The notes beneath the pieces are model-generated. The model saw nothing but the letters and a program-made list of their open reading frames with translations, had not been told where the DNA came from and did no database searches. From an archaeon (lineage in GTDB: Archaea; Undinarchaeota; CAZHTU01; JBDRCC01): a DNA stretch of 25,130 nt. Shown piece after piece: positions 19,645 to 25,130 of this stretch. Position numbers and translations under genes: made by a program. How positions within the stretch are numbered: the stretch's first letter is position 1; each line of letters begins with the position of its first letter. The DNA is taken from the NCBI GenBank assembly GCA_043822065.1, contig JBDRCC010000008.1, positions 1 to 25,130 of the forward strand. The letters are read 5' to 3'.

Positions 19645-21414
19645 TTACTCATCGCCTCCGCCGTTTTCTTCCTCATCCTCTGAGAACTCTTCCTTTTTCC
19701 CCCTGCCTGCATTTTCCTTAGTGCCTGGTATAAGCTCCATCATCTTCTGCTTGCTGGTGTCTATCTCCCGTTGATCCTCGATTGTCAGCCCTGGCCCCCT
19801 CTCCTTCGCCATCTTCGTCGGGACTGCCTTCGACTTGAGGTCCTCCAGGCTTCCGAACCGCTTCTCCGCGAGGGTGTCTATGCTGCTGAGTATCTTCTTC
19901 TCCGGCTTGCCGGTTATCTCCGCCAGCGCCCTGGCTACCTCCTTTCCGTAGGCGTCTATTGTGACCCTCTTGGATATCTTATCTTTCGCCCTGTACTTCG
20001 ACCTGAGGTGCGCTCCAAGCTGGCGCCCGCACTCCTGCAGGGCAAGCTTCATCTCGTCTATTATCTCAGGGTAATTGGCTATGGCCTCCTTGGACTCCGA
20101 GGTGTACGGCACCCACACCGACGCCATGTGCACCGCTACTACGATGGGGCCCTTCGGCACTCCGCGCCCGCCCGTTTGATTGAGCCCATACCGCTTCCAG
20201 TTAGTCTCCGATACTGCAGCGGTGACTGCGCAGCCGCTCTTCTGGTAGAGCAGGGGCACCTTGTTTGCGTACCTCATTATCTTGGCTTCCGTGAGCGACT
20301 TCTCGTCATCGTCCCTTTCAGTCCTGTCAATCTCGCCGCCCCAGGCAATTCCTGCCTCTATCTGGAACGGGTATCCGCGGTAGACTGCCGGCGGCCTTGT
20401 TACTGCGGCGACAAACTCTGCCTCTATCTCCTTTTTAAGCCCTGCTTCAACGCCGCCCTTACCTATCGGGGAGAGGCAGTCAGTCGGCGGGGACATGAGC
20501 TGCGCCCCCTGCATCGCAAGAAGCAGGCGCTCTGACTCGTCCCTGCTGAATTTCCTTGGCTGGACCTGCGGGTCAACCTGCGCCTCTTTGCATATCTTTG
20601 TTATTGACGTTGAGCCCATTCTTGAGAACTCGTTGGAGAGGAAAGACCTGAGGTTTCTCGCCTTGCTTTCGCGCATCATGCGCATCAGTATGCCGAGCTC
20701 TATGCCGTGCGGGTGCGGCTTAATCTGCTTCGGCATCTTGGGCAGGCTGTCCATCGCCCGCTTGTAGAGTATCTTAGTCCCGTCCGGCTCCTTGAACGTT
20801 ATTTCGGCGTACGGGTTCATTATCGCGACCTGCCTAAGGAACTCATAGGGCGAGTGGTGCGTCTTGACGTACTTCCCGACGAGCTCCATCTCAACCCGCG
20901 TCCCGTGCTTTGCCCAGTTCTTGACGGTCTCTTCTTTGGTTATGGTAGGCCTGTTCTTCTTGGTGTCAATCAGCAGTTCATAATACTGGGCTTCCTTGTC
21001 GCTGTCCGTCCTGGAGTAAACCTTAGTTGATTTGCCCGTTGTCAGCTGGGAGTAAAGGACGGAGGCAGATATGCCAATCCCCTGCTGCCCGCGCGACTGC
21101 TTGAGCCTGTGGAACTTTGAACCGTAGAGGAGCTGCCCGAACACCCTGGTTATGTGGTCCTTCTTGATTCCGGGGCCGTTGTCCTCGACAGAGACCTTGA
21201 ACCTGTCCTCCCTTACCTGCTCTATGTCGACCTTGACATCCGGGAGTATCCTCGCCTCTTCGCAGGCGTCAAGCGAGTTGTCAACCGCCTCCTTGACCAC
21301 GGTAATGAGCGCTTTTTGCGGGTTGTCGAATCCAAGGAGGTGCCTGTTCTTCTCAAAGAATTCTGAGATTGCGATCTCCTTCATTTCCGATGCCATCTCT
21401 TCCGCGCTTCCCAT
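19645..21414 (-). CDS. top6B: DNA topoisomerase VI subunit B
   Basis: GHKL motifs KEAVDNSLDA, DNGPGI and SRGQQGIG, plus PHPHG, RYANKVPL and VPYTSESKEA. Confidence 0.98.
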   Translation of the reverse strand: MGSAEEMASEMKEIAISEFFEKNRHLLGFDNPQKALITVVKEAVDNSLDACEEARILPDVKVDIEQVREDRFKVSVEDNGPGIKKDHITRVFGQLLYGSKFHRLKQSRGQQGIGISASVLYSQLTTGKSTKVYSRTDSDKEAQYYELLIDTKKNRPTITKEETVKNWAKHGTRVEMELVGKYVKTHHSPYEFLRQVAIMNPYAEITFKEPDGTKILYKRAMDSLPKMPKQIKPHPHGIELGILMRMMRESKARNLRSFLSNEFSRMGSTSITKICKEAQVDPQVQPRKFSRDESERLLLAMQGAQLMSPPTDCLSPIGKGGVEAGLKKEIEAEFVAAVTRPPAVYRGYPFQIEAGIAWGGEIDRTERDDDEKSLTEAKIMRYANKVPLLYQKSGCAVTAAVSETNWKRYGLNQTGGRGVPKGPIVVAVHMASVWVPYTSESKEAIANYPEIIDEMKLALQECGRQLGAHLRSKYRAKDKISKRVTIDAYGKEVARALAEITGKPEKKILSSIDTLAEKRFGSLEDLKSKAVPTKMAKERGPGLTIEDQREIDTSKQKMMELIPGTKENAGRGKKEEFSEDEEENGGGDE

Positions 21415-21415
21415 C

Positions 21416-21928
21416 TTATACTGTGCTCCTTTGCAGGAACCGCATTACGGTCGAGTGCTCCTGCCCGTTTCCAAGCCGTGTGACTGCTTCCCTTGCGGTG
21501 GCGACGTCCTCAATCTTCCCTATTATGCCGACCGTTTTTCCGTATATCACTATGTTTGTGCTTGTCATCTCCTCTATGCGCTCCTTCGCCTTTCCGTCCC
21601 GCCCGATTATCCGCCCCCGTATCCTGTCGAGGTGCTGGGGCTGGACGAACTCCGTGAGCTCTACAAGCTCAAGGACGCAGTCTGGCTCCTCCGATATCCT
21701 CATCGCGGTCTCCGGGTTGAAGCCGCGCGCAATCGCCTTTACGATGTCCCGCGCCTTCCACTCGCCTAGCGGGTCCCTTGCGTTTTCCTTTCGCCGGATG
21801 GAGACTATCCCCGTCTCACTGTTTATAGTTAAGATTGTTTCGGTGTTTGCCTCTATTTGCCCCTTCGTGGCGCCGTCGGTCCCTATCAGGACGGCAATCC
21901 GGTCCTTTGGAACCCTGACGTCTTCCAT
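21416..21928 (-). CDS. KH-domain rRNA-processing protein (Dim2/Pno1-like)
   Basis: RIAVLIG..G, AIARGF.PE.A, RIRGRIIG..G and G.EHSTV. Usual position upstream of top6B. Confidence 0.93.
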   Translation of the reverse strand: MEDVRVPKDRIAVLIGTDGATKGQIEANTETILTINSETGIVSIRRKENARDPLGEWKARDIVKAIARGFNPETAMRISEEPDCVLELVELTEFVQPQHLDRIRGRIIGRDGKAKERIEEMTSTNIVIYGKTVGIIGKIEDVATAREAVTRLGNGQEHSTVMRFLQRSTV

Positions 21929-22028
21929 CTTTTTTTGTATCCTATTTCTCCCTAGAAATCATTGATTTCTCGAGGAAAATCCATCCAAATTAGTAATGGC
22001 TTCTGCCTTTAAATAACTTATGCCGGCG

Positions 22029-24689
22029 CTATCTCTGCCTTGAAAAAATGTAAAATCCTACTAGGGGAATGACCAAAACCGCAGCCAAAATCACTGCCCA
22101 GCTGCTCATTTTAGCCCCCATTTCGGCGGCCGCCAGCTCCTGCTGGGCTGCAGCTTCTGGGTCGATTTCCATCCGCCTTGTAGCAATCTCCACCCCGTCT
22201 GCTTCCACCTTGACCGCCAGCGGGTCTCCTGGGTACTCGTAAATGGTCGCCTCCCCCCTCTGGTTGGTAGTTGCCCGTATCACCGCGCCGGTGGATGTTA
22301 TGAGCGCGACTTCGATGTTTTCGACCGGACTCCCGAACCTGTCCGTGACCGTGATCACAATCGGCGGCCTTCCGCTCCCCGTAGCCGTTGCGTACCTTAT
22401 GTTTATGCCTGCTGCGTTAATCTCGACGCTTGGCGCCGAGGATGTCGTCATCGGCGGACCCCCCGAATCAACGGTCTCCTCCGGTTGCTCTACTGCCGGC
22501 GCAACAACTTTCTTAGTGATTATCTGCGGTGTGATGAATTCCGTTGGTGCGGCGCATGCCGAGTCGTCGAGATAGGTTTCTCCCGAGTCACAGTACCCGT
22601 CGCCGGAATACGTTGAAGTCGCCCTGCAAACCGAGTGGACGCAGTACCTCTCACAGTCCGAGTCGTCCGAGCATGGGCTTAGGTTATACGAGATGTCGAG
22701 CAGGCTCAAAACCAGCCTGCCTGCGCTTCCCGAGCTTACGTTGATGTAGACTGCATCACAGTACCCATCTGAGTCCGAATCCGTGCAGTTTGAAGCTATC
22801 TGCGTCAGAGCCGAAGTGAAATCTACTGCCGGGGGCAGGATAGTGTAGTTTAGCTCCCCAGTGTAGTTAACATCAATACTGCCATCATTGCCAACATCTA
22901 TGCCAATGTTCCGTGGATAGCTGTCAGGCATGCCTGTGTAATTATAGGATAGCAGGCGCAATTTGTAGTATAACCCGTCGGTTTCCCCTGCCACTATAAA
23001 CGCCTTTATGTTTCCATCCTCAAACGAGCTGACTGCAGAGATCCCTATTGACTCATTGGCAAACGCAGGGTAGGTGCGGTTCTCAAGGAAGAAGCCCCCG
23101 TTCGTGTAGTTCAGCACCGCTGCGTGCATCACATTGCCGCCAAGCTCCCCGCCATACCCAGCGGCGAAAAGCTTTGTATTCCCATTTAAAACATAAGTAT
23201 CTACGGAAAATAAGTTGTCGTAGCTCGCTGCAGTCAGGTCAACTATGGTGTAGTTCTCAAGGGTCACGGCCCCTCCTGAATAATTGAAGGCGGCAAGGAA
23301 CGAATTGGTGCCAGGCTTGGTCCCGTCTGACAGGGTGCCTGCCACAAATAGCTTTACCACTCCGCCGCTTTCCCTCTGGGTGATGGAATACGGAATGTCT
23401 TGGACATCCAGGTCGTAATAGTCAACACTCTCCTCGTAAAGATGGCAGTCCGTATAGTTGTAAACTGACAAGTAGGTATCATCCGCAGTGCAGTCAGATT
23501 GTGAAACTACGAAGACCTTGGTCCCTGTTTCCCCAACATAAGTCGCGTGTGACGCTGGGTAGTCGTTGCTCCCGCCGCCGTCGCAGAGGTCCCTGAATGT
23601 TATGTTTTCCCTGTACAGCATGCCGTCTGTGTAATTATAAACTGCGAGGAAGACATCCGCCCCGGTGTCTGCATTGTCTGCCGACCCGGATACAAAAACC
23701 TTAAGGCTGCCGTCGACAATGACTGCAGATACGTCCTTTGCGTAGTCAGTCGAGTAATTGTAGTCCTCGAACGTGTAATTCTCGACGTACAGCCGCCCGC
23801 CAGTGTAGTTGAGAGCTATAACTGTGATATCATCACCCGTCTCAGTATGGGTGATTTGCCCTGCGGCGAAGACCCTTACTATGCCGCCCACCTCTATGGC
23901 GTCAACAGCATTCCCGTAGTCATCCACATCAGGAGATCCCTGAACTGTGAAGTTCTCAATATAGGTATTTCCGCCTGTGTAGTTCAGGACTCCAACAATA
24001 GCGTCCAATGAGCTTGTTGAATTAATTAAATTATTCCCGTAGCCGGTTACAAAAATCTTCGTGTTCCCGCCCACGTTCAGCAGTTTGCTTCTCTGCCCAT
24101 CCGTCCCTACCTTCCAGACGTCGTTTGCCGTGCGGTTCATCTCCTCCAGCTGCCCTTCCCCTCCAATGCCGACTGAAAAGCCATAAAGGCTGAGTTTAGC
24201 GGAAACAACGCTCGCAAGGCTGCGCACCTTTAGGTATGTCGAGGCGTCAGTCCCGGCTGCCGTGAAGTCTATCTCATAGAACGTGTTGTTGCTATCTGCG
24301 AACGGGTCCTGGGACCACCAGCCGTCATTGCACCAGTACGTGCCTGTCTTTGCGTCAGCATAATCCCTAGTGAACAAGCCGTAAGCCCGGTTTACCAGTA
24401 TGTTCGCGCTGCTGTGCACCGGGCAGGTGTATGAGTCGTTTACGCAGTACTGGTAGCCCTGCAGGTCATATCTGCACGCGCCACTGCCGCAGTCGCTTGT
24501 GAAATTGCAGCTCTCAAGGCGCCAGACTGGCAATGTTACTGGGCCAGGCGGGGCAGCCATGCCGCTCGGGCCTGCAAATTCAACCCCAGGGATTAAAACT
24601 ACCGCCAATCCCAATAAAATAACTAAGGATGCAAATATTAGTGTGAAACTAATCCTCTCAAACATCATCTTCCTTCCAGCATCTGCCAT
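22029..24689 (-). CDS. Large cell-surface glycoprotein with beta-propeller-like repeats and a C-terminal membrane anchor
   Basis: 886 aa. N-terminal hydrophobic signal, about 7 repeats of hhhhNYTxGxxxxENxT, Cys-rich motifs, Ig-like C-terminal domain, TM helix plus basic tail. BRE/TATA AAAAGGTTTTTATA at about 24715-24728. Confidence 0.85.
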   Translation of the reverse strand: MADAGRKMMFERISFTLIFASLVILLGLAVVLIPGVEFAGPSGMAAPPGPVTLPVWRLESCNFTSDCGSGACRYDLQGYQYCVNDSYTCPVHSSANILVNRAYGLFTRDYADAKTGTYWCNDGWWSQDPFADSNNTFYEIDFTAAGTDASTYLKVRSLASVVSAKLSLYGFSVGIGGEGQLEEMNRTANDVWKVGTDGQRSKLLNVGGNTKIFVTGYGNNLINSTSSLDAIVGVLNYTGGNTYIENFTVQGSPDVDDYGNAVDAIEVGGIVRVFAAGQITHTETGDDITVIALNYTGGRLYVENYTFEDYNYSTDYAKDVSAVIVDGSLKVFVSGSADNADTGADVFLAVYNYTDGMLYRENITFRDLCDGGGSNDYPASHATYVGETGTKVFVVSQSDCTADDTYLSVYNYTDCHLYEESVDYYDLDVQDIPYSITQRESGGVVKLFVAGTLSDGTKPGTNSFLAAFNYSGGAVTLENYTIVDLTAASYDNLFSVDTYVLNGNTKLFAAGYGGELGGNVMHAAVLNYTNGGFFLENRTYPAFANESIGISAVSSFEDGNIKAFIVAGETDGLYYKLRLLSYNYTGMPDSYPRNIGIDVGNDGSIDVNYTGELNYTILPPAVDFTSALTQIASNCTDSDSDGYCDAVYINVSSGSAGRLVLSLLDISYNLSPCSDDSDCERYCVHSVCRATSTYSGDGYCDSGETYLDDSACAAPTEFITPQIITKKVVAPAVEQPEETVDSGGPPMTTSSAPSVEINAAGINIRYATATGSGRPPIVITVTDRFGSPVENIEVALITSTGAVIRATTNQRGEATIYEYPGDPLAVKVEADGVEIATRRMEIDPEAAAQQELAAAEMGAKMSSWAVILAAVLVIPLVGFYIFSRQR

Positions 24690-24733
24690 CCTCTAGTTAT
24701 ACTATACTCGCCAGTATAAAAACCTTTTTTCCA

Positions 24734-25130
24734 TTATCTCTTCTTTGAAAATACGTAGAATCCTATTGCAGGTATTAGCAAAATCACTACGATAAGCACG
24801 GTCCAGCTCCCCATCCGTTGGCTGACTTCCGCCGCCCTGATGCCCTCCGCAGCCGCCTCTTCTGGCGTCGAAACCCTCTGGGTGGCTATCTCCACCCCGC
24901 CAGCTTCGACCTTTACCGACAGCGGGTCTCCCGGGTACTCGTAAACCGTCGCCTCACCGAACTTGTTTGTTGATGCCCGTATCACAGCCCCAGTCGAGGT
25001 TATGAGTGCGACTTCGACGTTCTCAAGAGGCTCGCCCTTCGTGTTCGTTACGCTCATTATCACTTCTCCTCTCGAGCCTATCTTAACCGTAAGCACTACG
25101 CCCGTGTCTTTAAGGGCTTGCGACGTCCAG
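24734..25130 (-). CDS. C-terminal part of a paralogous surface protein (5' end outside the window)
   Basis: Frame is open to the window edge. ENVEVALITSTGAVIRASTNKFGEATVYEYPGDPL is nearly identical to the C-terminus of 22029-24689. Confidence 0.85.
   Translation of the reverse strand, partial: WTSQALKDTGVVLTVKIGSRGEVIMSVTNTKGEPLENVEVALITSTGAVIRASTNKFGEATVYEYPGDPLSVKVEAGGVEIATQRVSTPEEAAAEGIRAAEVSQRMGSWTVLIVVILLIPAIGFYVFSKKR

Noticed and set aside
18646-21965. Plus-strand ORFs opposite top6A, top6B and the KH gene
   Set aside because: Antisense shadows with no motifs.

Overview
Archaeal chromosomal window. The divergent rRNA and the gene content suggest a DPANN-like lineage, which is inference rather than a classification. 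On the minus strand lies an rRNA operon: 16S, intron-containing tRNA-Ala(GGC), a small four-CxxC zinc-ribbon ORF, then 23S. Both rRNAs are flanked by bulge-helix-bulge (BHB) type processing stems and no 5S gene is visible. Directly downstream is an AT-rich HEPN/DUF4145-like gene. The rest of the window holds a membrane-sensor/HTH_10 regulator cluster, pspC-like, radical SAM, CPA2 antiporter, DUF47, PLD-nuclease lipoprotein, SpoIIM-like, HAD and methyltransferase genes. It also has four more tRNAs (His with an intron, Leu, Glu, Asn), the Dim2/Pno1-top6B-top6A operon and two paralogous surface proteins. The most unusual signal is that tRNA-His and tRNA-Asn each carry an upstream exact duplicate of their own 5' end, separated by a 61-62 nt insert whose first ~33 nt form a related hairpin. 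A truncated copy of that hairpin sits between tRNA-Ala and the protein gene inside the rRNA spacer.
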